A DNA stretch of 64,000 nucleotides from Verrucomicrobiota bacterium (GTDB lineage: Bacteria; Verrucomicrobiota; Verrucomicrobiia; Limisphaerales; J093), in assembly GCA_012517065.1 (NCBI GenBank), contig JAAYVR010000228.1:6502-70501 (forward strand), written 5' to 3'. Position numbers and translations under genes: made by a program. Below, piece after piece: positions 63,727 to 64,000 of this stretch. Below the pieces are notes generated by a model that worked only from the letters and a program-made list of their open reading frames with translations, did no database searches and had not been told where the DNA came from. Position 1 is the stretch's first letter. The number at the start of each line of letters is the position of its first letter.

Positions 63727-64000
63727 ATGAGGATACTTGTGCTGACAAACCTGTACCCGCCGCACGACGCGGGCACTCGCGATTTTCGCTGCCAGGAAAC
63801 CACGGAAGCGCTCGGTCGGCGGGGGCACACAGTACGCGTGCTCACATCCAACCACGGGGCTGGCACTGGCCAGCGCGATCAGGAAATTGAACGGCGGCTT
63901 TTTTTGGAGGGTGTACACGGCCATCCGCCCTTGGTGCGATTCGCTGAGTTGCGGAACCGTGAGCGGCACAACAACAATGTGCTGCGCGAAGTAGTAGCGG
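63727..64000 (+). CDS. Glycosyltransferase family 4-like protein, 3' end outside the window
   Basis: My own translation from ATG 63727 is MRILVLTNLYPPHDAGTRDFRCQETTEALGRRGHTVRVLTSNHG..., open to the window end. This ORF is not in the supplied track. Confidence 0.6.
   Translation, partial: MRILVLTNLYPPHDAGTRDFRCQETTEALGRRGHTVRVLTSNHGAGTGQRDQEIERRLFLEGVHGHPPLVRFAELRNRERHNNNVLREVVA

Overview
GC-rich chromosomal window. Gene content looks like a PVC-superphylum, Verrucomicrobiota-like heterotroph; this is inferred from gene families only, with no rRNA marker in the window. I support about 45 protein-coding genes. Housekeeping: nagA, accD, trpB, purB, asnA, a polyprenyl synthase and two class-I aminotransferases. 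Carbohydrate uptake and use: an rbsACB-like ABC transporter, an SSS symporter with galM, a PL11-like rhamnogalacturonan lyase and two TAT-signal Gfo/Idh/MocA oxidoreductases. Regulation: two ECF sigma/anti-sigma pairs and a PAS sigma-54 activator sitting next to a porin-ZnuA-ZnuB metal-uptake operon that has no ATPase gene. Large secreted proteins: a CotH/LTD giant, a HEAT-repeat protein and a tail-fibre-like protein with an S74 chaperone domain. RNA and mobile elements: one tmRNA (predicted tag ANEELALAA), one apparently intact ORF-containing group II intron (about 37379-39221) and one truncated intron copy (58449-58741). Several gene remnants are present (DUF4143 ATPase, MBL-fold, and a frameshifted fragment). 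The most unusual content is non-coding. Nearly every long intergenic region is assembled from one shared kit of short structured repeat modules, here called A-H and K. They recur in conserved order and in defined orientation relative to the flanking genes, abut or supply stop codons, carry terminator-like hairpins, bracket a three-gene cassette and the tmRNA gene as inverted pairs, and host the group II intron. I found no CRISPR array, recognisable defence operon or prophage. All coordinates, alignments and identity estimates were made by eye from the sequence and need computational confirmation.
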